DNA of 64,000 nucleotides from the human T2T-CHM13v2.0 reference genome, Homo sapiens: NCBI RefSeq assembly GCF_009914755.1, contig NC_060940.1; one strand, 5' to 3'. Shown piece by piece: positions 42,018 to 60,260 of this stretch (position 1 is its first letter; each line of letters starts with the position of its first letter). The notes under the pieces were generated by a model. It saw only the letters and a program-made list of their open reading frames with translations, ran no database searches and was not told where the DNA came from. The position numbers and the translations under genes were made by a program.

Positions 42018-42075
42018 GAGAGAGAGAGAAAGAGATACATCAGGAAAAGAGATACATCAGGAAAAGGGGATGTGA
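42015..42075. repeat. (GA)n, then an 18-bp direct duplication (gagatacatcaggaaaag, two copies).
   Basis: agagagagagagagaaagagatacatcaggaaaagagatacatcaggaaaag. Confidence 0.8.
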
Positions 42076-42419
42076 TAGCCAGAGCCAGGAGTGTTACAAC
42101 TTTAAGAAGGACTCCAGGGAAGGCCTCACTGAGAAGGTGATATTTGACCAAAGGAGTGGGGGAGGGGACAAGGCACACAGAGCAGAAAGAGCAGCCTGGG
42201 GAGGGCCAGGGCCAGCGTGAGAGCTGTGGGTCAGGAGTGCACCCAGTGTCTTACTGGAAGATCAAAAGGGAGGCCAATGCAATTGAGGCAGAGATGAGAG
42301 GGAATGGAAAGGGATGAAGTCGAAGAGGTGACTGGGGTGTTCCCTTGTGTGGCCTTGGAAGCATCTAACACAGCTCTTAGCAAACTGTTTTTTTAATTTT
42401 TTATTTTTATTTTTTATTT

Positions 42420-42706
42420 TTTCCTGAGACAGAGTCTTGCTCTGTCACCCAGGCTGGAGCGCAATGGCACAATCTCAGCTCACTGCAACCTCCACTTCCC
42501 AAGTTCAAGCGATTTTCCTGCTTCAACCTCCCGGAGTAGCTGGGATTACAGGCATGTGCCATTATGCCCAGCTAATTTTTGGATTTTTAGTAGAGACAGG
42601 GTTTCACCATGTTGTACAGGCTGGTCTCGAACTCCTGACCTCGTGATCTGCCCGCCTCAGCCTCCCAAAGTGCTGGGATTACAGGTGTGAGCCACCATGC
42701 CCGGCC
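42420..42706 (-). repeat. Alu SINE, reverse.
   Basis: Alu reverse consensus. Confidence 0.9.
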
Positions 42707-42729
42707 TTTTTTTTTTTTTTTTAATCGTT

Positions 42730-43008
42730 GTTTGTTTGTTTCTAAGACAAGATCTCACTCTGTTGCCTAGGCTGGAGTGCAGTGGTGTGATCATGTATCC
42801 CTGCAGCCTCAACCTCCCGGGCTCAAGTGATCCTCCCACCTCAGCTTCCTGAGTACCTGGGTGTACCACTATGTCCAGTTAATTTTTTTTTATTTTTTGT
42901 AGAGATGGGGTCTTGCTGTGTTGCCCAGGCTGGCCTCAAACTCCTGGCCTTAATGGTCCCCTGCCTCAGCCTCCTAAAGTATTGGGATTACAGGTGTGAG
43001 CCATGCAC
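42730..43008 (-). repeat. Alu SINE, reverse.
   Basis: Alu reverse consensus. Confidence 0.8.
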
Positions 43009-43073
43009 TCTAATTATTGGTTTATCTTCCTATCTTCCCAATCAGAGGATGTTTCTTGGAAGCTGGGTCACTG

Positions 43074-43097
43074 ATTCATTCATTCATTCATTCAATA
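43074..43097. repeat. (TCAT)n microsatellite.
   Basis: gattcattcattcattcattcaat. Confidence 0.85.
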
Positions 43098-43717
43098 AAT
43101 GTTTCCTAGCTTCCACTGTGTGAAAAGGGCCCAGCTAATGGGAGATAGGAAAGAAAAAGACATGGCCCTGCCCTCAAGGAACTAACACCTCGCTGCTGAT
43201 GCAAACCCCCTCCCCTCCACCACACATGATAAAACACTGTCTTTAGCTATGAAGGGAGTGTGACCAACTTTGGGGTTGCTGGATTGAAAGTTCATGAGTG
43301 AAGGTGACCCAAAGAAAGTGATGCTTAGCTTGAGTCTTAAGATTAAGTACAAGTTCATTAGGCAGATAGAAGGAAAGAATTCCAAGAGGCAACAGTGTGT
43401 GCAGAGGTAAGAGGTAAGAAATAGCACTGAGTGCTTAGAGACTTGTGATGACTGTGGTGTACCTGAGGCATGTGGCTCATAGTAAGCTCGGAAGGGACCA
43501 GATGAGGAAGGGCTTGTATTTTGCTCAGCACTTCATTCCCCTTGATTTCCAGCCCGGTACAGTACTTAGCACAGAGCAGGGGCTTGGGGAATATCTTGAT
43601 GATTGCCACATTAATGACTCAGGATCTACAAACTCAGAGGATGTTCTAAGAGACATCTGATTCTGAGGTTTTAAGAATCTATTTTTGGCAATGGGCCTTT
43701 CTGAGTTTCCCTTTTTT

Positions 43718-44694
<977 letters not shown>

Positions 44695-45000
44695 TAATGG
44701 CAACTATGGACCCCCTATACAGAAAAATGCATACACCCCCATTTCAGGAGTTGCAAACAGCCTTGAAACCCATCCAACAGGCCTAGGCTAAGCACCCTGC
44801 TCTAACCCGTGACCCCCATTTCACAGAGAAACAGAGACCCACAGGGATAGGGTGGCTTGCCCACTGTTGTGCACCCCAGACCCCAGGATCTGGCTCCTGC
44901 CTCCTGGTGGTGGGCTCCTTCCCCTGCCAACCTGCTTTTGTCCAGGGTCCTGGTCCTGGCCACCCCCAGCCCCCAACATAGGCTCTGGAGCCCCTCTGAC

Positions 45001-45196
45001 CTTGGTCTGCTTCTTCTCCGTAGCATAGACAATGGAGGTGCAGCACACCTCGGCGATTTTGCGGCCCTGCCCGTAGAAAGACCAGCAGCAGATCTCGTCC
45101 CCCAGGACATCCTTGAGGAAGAGTAGCCGCCCGTGGAAGCGCAGGGCCAGCTTGTCGAACAGCTCGATGTTCTTAAGTAGGTTGTCATCTGAAGTG
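45001..45196 (-). CDS. KCTD13: KCTD13 exon 5: (S)[65 protein letters not shown].
   Basis: Minus ORF 44821..45315. Acceptor CCCCAG|C, donor AAG|GTCAGA. 196 nt. Confidence 0.9.
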
Positions 45197-45454
45197 CTGG
45201 GGACCAGGGGACCAGGAGGCCTCAGCGCAGTTGGCACCCCTCCCTCTGTACCCCCAGAAGACGGGCCTGGATGCATTCCCAGTCCTCTGCTCCTGCCCAG
45301 GGCTTTGGTGCTCAACAGAGAGCCTCCTCCACCCCTGGGGCCAGGCTAAACGGGTCTCAGAAGGGAAGCCACATGCGCTGAGCAAATCCCAGCACAGCAC
45401 AGCACAGCAGCTCCAGTGAGGGACCGGGAGCCAGGCCACCTCCCCGGGGGTCCT

Positions 45455-45570
45455 GGTGTCCCCATTTTTTAACTGGGTGACACTAGGCAAGTTACTTCAC
45501 CTCTTGGTGTCCCGACCTCCTCATCTGTAAAATGGAGCTCACAACAGTACTGACCTCAAGGGGGAGGACT
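45455..45570 (+). repeat. MIR SINE core in KCTD13 intron 4.
   Basis: ggcaagttacttcacctcttggtgtcccgacctcctcatctgtaaaatgg matches the MIR core. Confidence 0.6.
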
Positions 45571-45837
45571 CTGCCAGTTCCTAGAATGAGAGCACTTGGG
45601 ATAGGCTCGCCACTATCACTTTGTCCTCACCCAAACCCATTTACTGATGACTGAGCTGAAGCTGAGAAGCAGAAAGGACCTGCCTAGAGCGTCAGGGGTA
45701 AGAGGCGAAGCCGAATCTGCGAGCAGGCACAGATGTTCTTGTAGGCCCCCCGTGTGGCCGTGGCCCTCGCCTTGGGCAGAAGCAGGGCTGTGCTGCATCC
45801 CAGGGTCCCGCCCAGTGCCCCGCACCCCGGCGGTCAC

Positions 45838-45890
45838 CTGGTGTAGGAGTACTTGTTGTTACTGCGGTTGTGCAGGAGCTTCACCACGGG
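45838..45890 (-). CDS. KCTD13: KCTD13 exon 4: PVVKLLHNRSNNKYSYT(S). 53 nt.
   Basis: Minus ORF 45834..46046. Acceptor CGCCAG|CCC, donor ACCAG|GTGACC. Confidence 0.85.
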
Positions 45891-45982
45891 CTGGCGGGGG
45901 AGAGAGGATGGACGAGAGGGGTGAGGCTGCAGGGAGAGGCCCCCCCAGTGAGCCTCCACCCTGCAGGGCTTGGGGGCCTCAC

Positions 45983-46072
45983 CTTGGAGGTGCTGGCCAG
46001 GAGCTGCTGCTCCTCCCGGGGAGATGTCACCATGGGGATGAGGCACAGCGGGGACAGCGTCTCCCTTTTTTG
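45983..46072 (-). CDS. KCTD13: KCTD13 exon 3: QKRETLSPLCLIPMVTSPREEQQLLASTSK.
   Basis: Minus ORF 45881..46129. Acceptor CCCCAG|CAA, donor AAG|GTGAGG. 90 nt. Confidence 0.9.
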
Positions 46073-46469
46073 CTGGGGAAGAAGCGGAAGGTGGTTAACA
46101 GCACAACCAAAGGCCACGTACTCCCCCACTTAAAAGCCTTCAAAAGCTGGTTGGGAACAACTCCAGACTCCTCAGTGGTCCGCAGGGCTCTGCAGGCTCC
46201 AAGCTCCGCCAACCTCTCTGCCACTCTCCCTTTGCTTGCTGGGCCTTGGTCCCACGGACACCTTGCTGCTTCACACATCCAGCTTGTGCCTGCCCCGGCC
46301 ACTGGCTGTGCCCCTGCCCGGGATGCTTCTTTGCTCAGCTGTCAGCGTGGCGTGTCCGTCATGCCATTCAGATCGCAGGTCACACAGTGCCTCCTCAGGG
46401 CCAGCCCTCCCCAGCCCCCCTGGCTAAAACAGCCTCCTCTACATCCTGCCTTTTGTGTTATCAGTTTTC

Positions 46470-46805
<336 letters not shown>

Positions 46806-47142
46806 TAACTTTTTGTATTTGTTTATGATCTGTCTCTTCCCACCTAGGAATAACTACCTAGTATACAGCTGATGCTCTGTATTTGTTGAATGAATGAACA
46901 TATTTGTTGAGTGAATGAACTTCATTGGGTGGGATGACGTTGGAGAAAGAAATCTGAAGCAAACCCATGGGCTTCTTTCTCTTCTGTCTTCTAGAATCTT
47001 CATGCCAAAATCCCTCTCACTTCTCCCAACCTTGAAAACTCAATGCGCAATTCTAATACAAATTCCAGATTTGTTTTTTGCAGAAACTCATAAGACTCTC
47101 TAAAATTAACAGAGAATAATAAATGTCTACAATTACTGAGGC

Positions 47143-47262
47143 CATTTTTTTTTTTTTTTTTTTTTTGAGACAGGGTCTTGCTGTCATCCAGGCTGAGTGC
47201 AGTGGCATGACCACAGCTTACAGCAGCCTTGACCTCCTGGGCTCAAGCCATCCTCCCAAACT
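47143..47262 (-). repeat. Alu partial, reverse.
   Basis: Alu reverse consensus. Confidence 0.7.
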
Positions 47263-47676
47263 TAGGTCAGTTTTTAAAAATAAGAGCAAAGAGGAAAGGC
47301 CGACCCTGCCAGATATTAAGATAGGCTGCAAAGCCACAACAGTGAGAACGGTATCAGTTCGGGCACAGAAACAAAAATACCTGAGAAACACAACAGAGCG
47401 ATCAGAAACAGACCACTGTGTATATGAGAATTGGTATTTTTAAAAAGACACCACAAATGTGCGAGGGGAATTACGGAGTATGAATTCGTTATCTATCACT
47501 GTGTAACAAACTGCCCCCAATTTAGGAGCTTAAATTAACAATATTTATTACTTCTGTTTCTGAGGGTCAGGATCTCAGCAGTGGCTCGGCTGGGTGGCTC
47601 CGGCACGGGGTCTCTTCTGAGGCTGTGGCCAAGATGTCAGTGGGGCTGTGGGCATCAAAGGCATGACCGCCCCTAG

Positions 47677-48168
<492 letters not shown>

Positions 48169-48457
48169 TGACCTAGGTCTGTTGGTCCTATCCAGTGAGG
48201 AAGGAGATGACACACAGGAACGAGCACCAGGGGACGAGAATCATCAGGCTGCCTTGGTGGCTGGCTCCACAGGCCACCGCTGGCTCTCAGTGATTTCCCC
48301 CCTCCCACATGCCAAATATACTCACCACCTTCCAGGATCCCCCATCATCCCATTACAGCATCAGCTCAAAGTACAGAATCTCATCATCTCAGTCAGGTCC
48401 AGGTGGGGATGTGGCTCTAGCATGCAGTTCCGTAACTATGGCTCCTTAAGTGCATTT

Positions 48458-48757
48458 CTTTTTTTTTTTTTTTTTTGAAATGGAGTCTTGCTCTGTCTCC
48501 CAAGCTGAAGTGCAGAGCCACCACCATCTCACCTCACTGAAAACTCTGCTTCCCAGGTTCAAGTGATTCTCTTGCCTCAGCATCCCAAGTAGCTGGGACT
48601 ACAGGCATGCACCACCATCCCAGCTAATTTTCTTTAGTAGAGACGGGATTTCACCATGTTGGCCAGGCTCGTCTTTAACTCCTGACCTCAGGTGATCCAC
48701 TTGCCTTGGCCTCCCAAAGTGTTGGGATTACAGGCGTGAGCCACCGCATCCAGCCCT
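48458..48757 (-). repeat. Alu SINE, reverse.
   Basis: Alu reverse consensus. Confidence 0.85.
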
Positions 48758-48883
48758 TAAGTGCATTTCCTATCTGCAGACCTGTGAGCTAAAGAGACAG
48801 GTCATCTCCACACTCCCAGTGTGCAGTGGTAGAGGCAGGCACAGGATAACCAGTAAGGACATTCTTGCTCAAAAGCAGGGGAA

Positions 48884-49013
48884 GCCGGGCGTGGTAGCGT
48901 GTGCCTGTCATCCCAGCTACTCAGGAGGCCAAGGTGGGAGGATTACTTGAGCCCAGGAGTTCGAGACCAGCCTGGGCAACATAGCAAGACTCTGTCTCAA
49001 AAAAAAAAAAAAG
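48884..49013 (+). repeat. Alu monomer (FLAM-like).
   Basis: Alu monomer plus A-tail. Confidence 0.7.
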
Positions 49014-49391
49014 TGGGGCAGGGGACAGGAGGCACATATAAGTCATACATATAAGTCACTGGTGTGTGGAAATTCTGTAATCCAGTTGGAGAAATGCTAG
49101 GAACTCTTTGATGCCTACTCCTGTTCATGAATGATTCTCCATGGCTCTCCCTGAGTCGTCCCACCTCTTCCATGAAAGATGTTTGCAGCTCCACAGTTTC
49201 ATCTGCCTGCTTCCTGCCTGTAAAAGTTTGGGTGTGCAAAGCCGTCTTGTCCTTTTGCACTGGCTCTGTCCCTTTCAGTCCAAGCTGGCAGTGTCTCTGC
49301 CAATATAATTCTCTTCATAACTTATTGGGTATCTTGCATGTCTTAGGGTTCACTACATTAGAAAAAAGCCACACCTAGAAATCTCTGCAAG

Positions 49392-49660
49392 TGGCCAGGC
49401 ACAGTGGCTCACGCCTGTAATCCCAGCACTTTGGGAGGCCGAGGTGGGTGGATCACCTGAGGTCAGGAGTTTGAGACTAGCCTGACCAACATGGTGAAAC
49501 CCCATCTCTACTAAAAATACAAAAATTAGCTGGGCGTGGTGGTGGGCACCTGTAATCGCAGCTACTCAGGAGGCTGAGACAGGAGAATCACTTGAACCCA
49601 GGAGGAGGAGGTTGCAGTGAGCTATCTCAAAAAAAAAAAAAAGAAAAGAAAAAGAAAAAA
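49392..49660 (+). repeat. Alu SINE.
   Basis: Alu consensus. Confidence 0.85.
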
Positions 49661-50148
49661 GAAAATCTCTGCAAGGTAAGCCCTTCTCTACTTTGGGCTT
49701 GTGCTGAGACGCTGAAAGACAACACCTTTAACCTTCTCAGAAGCGTGATTATTATTTCATTCGACTGGAAGTCCCCTCTGAGGCATCTTGTTGGTATTTC
49801 TGAGGTCTTAACAAAGGACTTTTTCATCACATCCTCAGCTTGACCTTTAGACCACATTTCCCTGTATTTAATGCCTTGTATTTAATCTTTGCACGGAAGC
49901 CATTTGTTAATTTTAACATCACTTGTTATCTGGAAAGGCTGGGAATTTTCAAACCCAACAATTTCAGGCTCTTTTTCATTTAAGTGTTTTTTTTCTTTAA
50001 CTTACTCTCTCCTCTTCAGTTTTACTATAAGCAGCAAGAAGCCAGGTGGCACCTTCAACATTCTGTCTGGAAAGCTCCTTAGCTAGACCATCCGTTCCTT
50101 AGGTATATTTCCTACCCTCCACACTAATGCAGGAGACAGTGTTGCTAA

Positions 50149-50430
<282 letters not shown>

Positions 50431-50605
50431 TAAGCTTTTACTAACAATCTCCTCAAAGTCCTTCCAGCTTCTTCCCACTTCTCAGTTGTAAAGTTACTTC
50501 TACATTTGAGGTTTCTGTTATGGCAGACCCCCATTCCAGAAACCAAAGTCTGTTCTCTGTTACTGGGTAACAAATTACTACAAACTCAGCAGCTTAAAAC
50601 AACAG

Positions 50606-50740
50606 TCCAGGTGTGGAGGCTCATGCCTGTAATCTCAGCATTTTGGGAGGCCAAGGCTGGAGGACTGCTTGAGGTCAGGAGTTCGAGACCAGCCTGGCCG
50701 ACAGAGCAAGACTCTGTCTCTATTTAAAAATAAATAAATA
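50606..50740 (+). repeat. Alu monomer.
   Basis: Alu left monomer. Confidence 0.7.
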
Positions 50741-51387
50741 AAAATAAACATTATCTCACATAGTTTCTGTGGGTCAGGAATTTGGGATGGGCTTAGCTGG
50801 GTGGCCCTGGCCCAGAGTCTGTCATGAAGCTGCAGTCTGGATTTTGGCTAGGGCTGCAGTCATCAGAAGGTTTGCCTGGGCCTAGAAGCTCTGGTTCTGA
50901 GACAGGTCACCACTATGGCGGGGAGTCTGTGCTTGCTGTCGGCAGGGGCTTCAGTTCCTCACCAAGTGGACCTCTGCTTAGGGATGCCTGAGTGTCCTCA
51001 CATAGCATTCACATAGAGTGAGTGATCTCAAAGAGAGGCAGAAGCTGTAATGTCTTTTATGACCTAGCTTCAAAGTCACATGCTGTCATTTCTGCAATGT
51101 CCTATTGGTCATACACAAGGGTCTCCTTGGTGAGGATCTGAAAAGGTCTGCCCTATTTGGTGTGGGAGGGGACTGAACAAGAGCCTGGAAACCAGGAGGC
51201 AAGAACCCCTGGTGGCTGTCTTGGGTGCTGGCTACCTCTGGACTGTTTAATACCTGGCACTGGGAAAACTACCTCACCCTATGGAAGACAAAAATGAGCT
51301 AAATCCCTTCACAATCATATTTACAAAAGTGAGTTCCATTTAGATTAAAATACCCATATATGAAAAAAATCCATATTTAAAACTATA

Positions 51388-51990
<603 letters not shown>

Positions 51991-52504
51991 CAAAGCTCAC
52001 AGGTAACAGAAAATCAGAAAAACATTTTTAAACAAGACCATAAGGATACAGCATTAGGCAAAAAATGGTGAGGAATTGGACTACATCCAAATCAAGAATT
52101 TTTCAAGTTGACAATGGAAAGCATGACTTTACAAATAATCTCATGTAATAATGTTGAAGAGAAAAGACTTATAGGTATTCTGTGGCACAAATGTAATTAC
52201 TGGTTCAGGTAAGGATTATCAATTTGTGTGTCATTGATAGGTAACTGCCTTAATACAGTGGCCAAATACCATATGCATTATTTTATAGTTAGCAACAAGG
52301 AAATGTAACAATGATAGAGAAATCAAACCACCATCCCCTAGATCCAGGGGCCAATTATGAACGTCATTAATGACGAGTCATATTAACAATATTATGGGTT
52401 GCTTGATGTGGCCCAACGTGAAATACATATATAATATTACCTAAAATGTATTCTAAACAAAATGTTTAATATCAGTCATTTTATTTATTTTATTATTTAT
52501 TCAT

Positions 52505-53129
<625 letters not shown>

Positions 53130-53285
53130 TAAAATCTACAGTCTGGTTTACAGGAAATTAAGGATAAGGCTGGGTAATAAACCAAACGATACCGGGAGTA
53201 AACAACCAGGCAAAGTTGGAAAGCGGGTCATTGTGCAGGACAACTGGCAGTCTCTTTAACAAGCCAGCATCGTGAGGAAAAAGGG

Positions 53286-53393
53286 ACCCCTTGGATTGTA
53301 ATAAAGTAATGCTTATGGTATTATTTGGCTTATGTAATAAAGTAATGCTTATGGTATTATTTGGCTTATGTAATAAAGTAATGCTTATGGTAT
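53286..53393. repeat. 36-bp minisatellite, unit gtaataaagtaatgcttatggtattatttggcttat, about 2.8 copies.
   Basis: Direct tandem copies abut the right arm of the inverted repeat. Confidence 0.85.
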
Positions 53394-53763
53394 TATTATG
53401 GTAACTGTATTAAGGCAGTTACCTATCAATGATAATCCTTACCTGAACCAGTAATTACATTCGTGCCATAGAATACCTATAACTCTTATCATCTCTTCAA
53501 CATTATTACATGAAACTATTTGTAAAGTCATGCTTTCCATTGTTAACTTGCAGATAACCAGATGCAACGTGAAGATCTAGACTGGACCCTGGTTTGATGA
53601 ACCAGCTGTAAAAACACATTTCTGGAACAACTGGAGAAACCGGAGTATGCCCTGGACTGGATATTAAATAAAAATTTATTGACATGTAAAGATGGCAATT
53701 ATTAACAACAACAAAAAACAGATTATAAAACATTTCATACAACACGATTGTATTTTGGCAAGC

Positions 53764-53783
53764 AAACACACACACACACACAT
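53764..53783. repeat. (CA)n microsatellite.
   Basis: caaacacacacacacacacacat. Confidence 0.85.
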
Positions 53784-54063
53784 ACTCTCACACAGGAAAC
53801 GACCTGGAAGAATATTTGGTGCTTTTATTTTTTAGATTATTTGTGTTTCTGAAATTTCTACAATTAATAAATACTGCTTTAAAATAATCAATGGTTATTT
53901 GTAATTTTAAAAAATCAAGGATTTCCATTCAATGCTAGATGCCACAAGTGGGTGACATTCTAAGAAAAAATATTGGCGATATCTACATTGACTAGAAATT
54001 TTTATCTAGAACAGACTTTTTCAACTGAAGTTCCTCATCTGAATCTCAAAAACCAGCAAATAT

Positions 54064-54447
<384 letters not shown>

Positions 54448-54679
54448 TTAGAGGTTAATTTGTTATGTATATAATCCATGCCCTAGGGAATGTATAAGAC
54501 ATACCCATATGCAGTAGGGCTTAATTATCCCTAGGAACTAAACTAAAATATGCAAGGATCTCCTGCTAAGCAACATGAAAAAGAAAAAAGCAGAAAATCT
54601 AGTAAAGAACATGAATAAGCAATTCACAGGAAGGGAAACAAAAAAACACTAGTGAGTATATGAAAAGATGCTGAACCTC

Positions 54680-55420
54680 ATTAGTAATCAGAGGCATGCA
54701 AATGAAAATGAGATCACGCTACACTCATTGGATTGGCAAAATTAGAAAGCTGGATGATGCCATGTTTTGATGAGGACATGCAGAAATGTAATCTCTTATG
54801 CACTGCTCATTATGAGGATAAAGTATTATAACCATTCGGGAGAGCAATTAGATGATATTTACTAAAACGCCGTTTGCAGGTGTCCTGTTATCCAGCAATT
54901 CTACTCCCAGCTACAATGACAGGAGACTGGCACAGAATCAGAAGGGAGCATGTACCAGGATGCTCATGGTGACACGGTTTGTAGGGGCAGGAACTGGAAG
55001 GCAATCTAGGTCTCCAACCTCAGGGGAATGTATGAACAAAATATGGTGAATGAACACCGCAGATTTCTCTGCAGCTGTTAGAAGCAAAGAACTAGATGTA
55101 CTTGGAGCAGCATGAATAGATCTTGAAAAAAAGTGCTGAATTAAAAAAACACAATGCAACAGAAACTGATTCACAGCTTCAATGCCATTTATGGACATTT
55201 AAAATGCACACATATGCAGAACAATGCTTTAGCTTTTCGAGCATATGTATCAAAACATTAAAATTGGATGGGTGCCCCTGGGAAAAAGGAAAGTAGGCAG
55301 GGGACTGGGAATGAAGGGAAAGAAATAAAACTAAAAGACAAAAGGTTTGCATAGACCAATATTGATGAAGTGCCACACACTGAGGAGTGTGCCGAGCTGC
55401 GTGAGGTGCAGAGGGAACCT
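54680..55420 (+). mobile_element. Ancient L1 (L1M-type) 3'-end fragment.
   Basis: Diverged similarity to the L1 3' terminal region, for example gcaaatgaaaatgagat...cagcaattctactcc...atatggtgaatgaa. No intact ORF. Confidence 0.5.
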
Positions 55421-55705
55421 GGAAAGGAGAGAGCAGGAGTATAGAAAAGTACAGCTCTTGGGAGGCTGAAGGTCAGATAGTCAGGTAGCCTGGGGTCAAA
55501 TCTGAGCTCTGCTGCTTCCCAGCTCTTTCACCTTGGACACGTCTTCCAAGCTCCCTCGCGTTTCTTTTTACGTCAAACAAGGATACAAGATGTATACACA
55601 AGCAGATAGCAGAATTGCTCCTGACACACAGTGGGTACATGATGACATTAGTAAATTTAAAACTACAGGCCGGGTTTTAAAACTTTAGTTTTAACATTAG
55701 TAAAT

Positions 55706-56010
<305 letters not shown>

Positions 56011-57212
56011 ACAGAGCAGGAATGCACTTCCAAGATCTAGTACAATGAATGTTTCTCAAATGCAAGTGGTAATTTATTAATGGGTCATGAAATAAGTAAT
56101 GGGTCCCAAACAGCATTAAAAAGAAAGATTATCAGAGTACATTTCACTAAAAGTATCTTTTTATAGAACTGTTATTTCAGTTATATATAATGAGTACTAA
56201 AATGCATTTTTTCCCTATGGCAGGCAATCAAAAAGTTTGAAAAACATGGATATTGTCCAAAGGAGTTCTACACCTTTGGGCTTCAAGAACCAGTAAGTAT
56301 TCCCTGAGACAAAAGTTGTTCAGGGAGGCAACCTTTTAATCTATAAAGGGCATTCAAAAAGAAACTTTTATAATCTTCTCTTACTATTGTAACATAAAAG
56401 AAAGGACATTTTTAACATTGTAAAAATAGAACAGAATAACAGGCTTTATGTAAAACTCACTACTTTGTACTTATTTTTCTCCCTTCCCTGTCTTTCGGAA
56501 CCCGAGGACAGAATCCCAGAGGTAGGAATGGACTCACTGAAGGTCACTGAGTCAGCTGTGACAGAGGTGACACAGAACCCTTATGTCCTGGCTTCACTTT
56601 CCAAGCTCTGCTCCTCAGAACCCTAAGGGGTCCACAAAAGTGGAGCCTAGCAGGTGGGGTCTCTAGAATCCCCAACCCTGTTTTACTGGGAGTGGCCCTG
56701 CTTCTGTGAGATTTCATTTGAATAAAGAATTTCACTGTTTAAAAAAAAAAAGGAATTAGAAAGCTCCTGGGGGGCGGAAGCCATGGGAGAATGCTGCCTC
56801 CCAGGATAGGGCCACATCGCAGAGGTTATTATATTTCAATTTAAATTTAGATGTTTTTCCCTAGTGACATGAGGGAGCTATTTAGGATTTCTAAGCAAGA
56901 GAGAGAATAGATCGGGGTTGTGCTGAAAGATAATTACTCAGGTGCGAGTGTAACAGCTGGACTGGCTGCATAGGAACAGTGGGAAGTAGAGAGCAGCTAT
57001 TTAACCATTGCAAAGGTCCTGGCATGAGGCTGGGGTGGGGGTGCTGCCTGAGGCGGCAGGGATGCAGAAGATGGCACCTCAAATTCTCTGGGGTTATGGC
57101 CAGCCAAAGCCAGGCTCTCCAAGCCATACCCCATATCTCCTTTTTTCTGCTCTAATACCTGCTTGGGCAGCTCTCCCAGGAACATAGGCATGGGGACTCC
57201 GAAGGCCCTCAC

Positions 57213-57382
57213 CTGCAGCGCCAGCTGGCAGTCCTCAATCAGGCCCTGCACCAGGTAGTAGCGTGCTTCGCCCAGCAGCTCCCCCAGTTCTCTCGTACTC
57301 TCCGGCAGTGGCACAGACCCATCCCGCAGGTAATTGAGGATTGTACCAAAGTGACGGCCGCTCCGGTCAATCAGCACCCAAC
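57213..57382 (-). CDS. KCTD13: KCTD13 exon 2: (G)[56 protein letters not shown], the rest of the BTB/T1 domain.
   Basis: Minus ORF 56997..57515. Acceptor CACTAG|GT, donor CAG|GTGAGG. 170 nt. Confidence 0.9.
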
Positions 57383-57454
57383 CTAGTGGGGTGGGGAGAG
57401 GCAGGGGGAAAGATGGCTTTGCTGCGGGACCTGGAGCTACTAAATTAAAAAAAA

Positions 57455-57588
57455 AATTTTGTAGAGATGGAGTCTCACTATGTTGCCCAGGCTGGTCTTG
57501 AACTCCTGGGCTCAAGTGATTCTCCCATCTCGGCCTCCCAAGTACTTGGATTATAGGTGTGAGCCACCAAACCTGGCCTAAATTATAA
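57455..57588 (-). repeat. Alu partial, reverse, about 70 bp from the KCTD13 exon 2 acceptor.
   Basis: Alu left-arm reverse. Confidence 0.7.
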
Positions 57589-57603
57589 GAAAAAAGGATT
57601 CCA

Positions 57604-58328
<725 letters not shown>

Positions 58329-58745
58329 TTAAGTTTTTATACATATTCAACCAGATAATTAACTCATCCATATCTGGTCTACAGTCAGAAGGCTCTCACC
58401 ATGAGAAAGTTCTTGCAGAATTACCTTATCAATAAACTGTTAACCCCCGAAGTTAATTCTCACCATCCTATTTAATTAAAATGTCTACCTCCCCCCGTCC
58501 AGTTCACTGCCATTTTAACTTTTATATTCTTCATAGAGCTTACTATCAAAAAAAGAAAAAAGAAAGAACTTACTACTATCTGCAATTGCATATGCATATA
58601 CATTTTGTTTACTTGCTTATTGGTCTTCTGATCTCCCACTTCCCTAAAAAAAGGGAATTTCCATAATTTTGTCAGGTTCATTTACCTATCTCCAGCACTA
58701 ACTGATATTTTACAAATACTTATTGGACAAATGAATTCTTCCCTT

Positions 58746-59039
<294 letters not shown>

Positions 59040-59813
59040 GAATTCTTCACCTTTGATACTTGAAGGCAGATCTCCGCCTCTCAAATTTTTATTCTCCTGC
59101 TCTCACAGTCCTCGTTAACCCCTCCCTTAAGACTCTCCCACTCCCAAACTCCAAAACTTCAAAGTCTCACTTGGGCACGAAGGGTCCATACTTGAATGCA
59201 ACACTCCAAGAAGGTAAGGTTCACCTGCCAAGGAGACCTGTCCACCCTCCACTCTGGTGTCCCTGGCAAACCCAAAGCAGCCTCCTTCTGCAATGTGTGT
59301 ATACAGGTGGATTCCTAGAGTGTACAGGGACCTGTGTCAGGGGAACACAGAGGCAGACAAGATCTCCCAGCTCTCCTGGCTGGCTGTGAGCAGTTCTGAA
59401 GCAGAGAGGGAAACAAAAGGCTGGGCAGTCGGAAGAAACTGAGGAAGGCTGCCAGGAGTAGTACTGCAGGCAGCAGGGCTAGTTCCCAAGTCTTGAGCTG
59501 AGGGGTGAAGGGTGGGAGAGGTGGTCATGAGGATTATGAACTGACACGTTCAATCACTTACCACAGCGCCTGGCAGTTAGGGGTTCCGTAAGTGTTGGTT
59601 ATTGCTGGGGGTAAAGGATTGGGGGAGGAGAAGAGAAATTATGAATGAGAAAGGGGAGGAGATGGGATGTGGGGGCTGGAGGGAGCTGAGAATGAGTTGA
59701 CTGGACAGTAGCGGGCAGAGAGAAGGGGCATGAGGAGCCCCGGTGGTGAGAGACTGCGGGGAACGGGAGTTGGGGGTCTGGGGATGGGGGCACGGTAGGG
59801 GCGCCGCTCGTAC

Positions 59814-60057
59814 CTCCGGCATCGGTCAGCACCTCCACGCGGCCGCTGAACATGGCTTTGAGCATGGTGTCCTGTCCCGTGAGGGTGCGCAGCGTGGTGT
59901 AGTGCAACGAGCCGCCCACGTTCAGCTTCACGTATTTGCTGTTCGGGGTCAGCGGCTTGAGACCGTAGGCGGCGGGGCCAGGCTCGAGACCCGAGGGCTT
60001 GGGGGCTTCCAGGGACGGGGCCGCGGCGGCAGCCGGGCCCGAGGCCTCCGCCGACAT
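59814..60057 (-). CDS. KCTD13: KCTD13 exon 1: [81 protein letters not shown](G).
   Basis: ATG at 60057 lies inside minus ORF 59599..60174. Donor GGAG|GTACGA. Confidence 0.9.
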
Positions 60058-60260
60058 GCCGGGTAGCAGCGGCGGACGGCGATCCCAGGATCTCTCCGCG
60101 CCCTGCGGCCTGCTCCCGAAGACCCTCGGCCGGCCCCCAGCCCTTGGGCCAGACCGCTCGGCGCACACGCCCACTCACCGCAGCTACTCTGCAAGACCGG
60201 CCCTCCGCCCCATCTCGCTCGCACCACCCGGAAGCCGGCGCCGGGCAGCTGCGCAGGCGC

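Noticed and set aside
53560-53790. AT-rich stretch with (CA)n and ORF 53506..53781.
   Set aside because: It is low-complexity intronic sequence. The 91-aa ORF has no conservation cue and lies in the KCTD13 intron between two repeats.
59599-60178. 191-aa and 179-aa minus ORFs over KCTD13 exon 1, and the 217-aa ORF 60184..60837.
   Set aside because: Only the segment 60057-59814 (in the frame of ORF 59599..60174) is coding. The rest is 5'UTR or promoter (upstream of the ATG) and intron 1 (beyond the GTACGA donor). ORF 60184..60837 runs through promoter DNA and an Alu.
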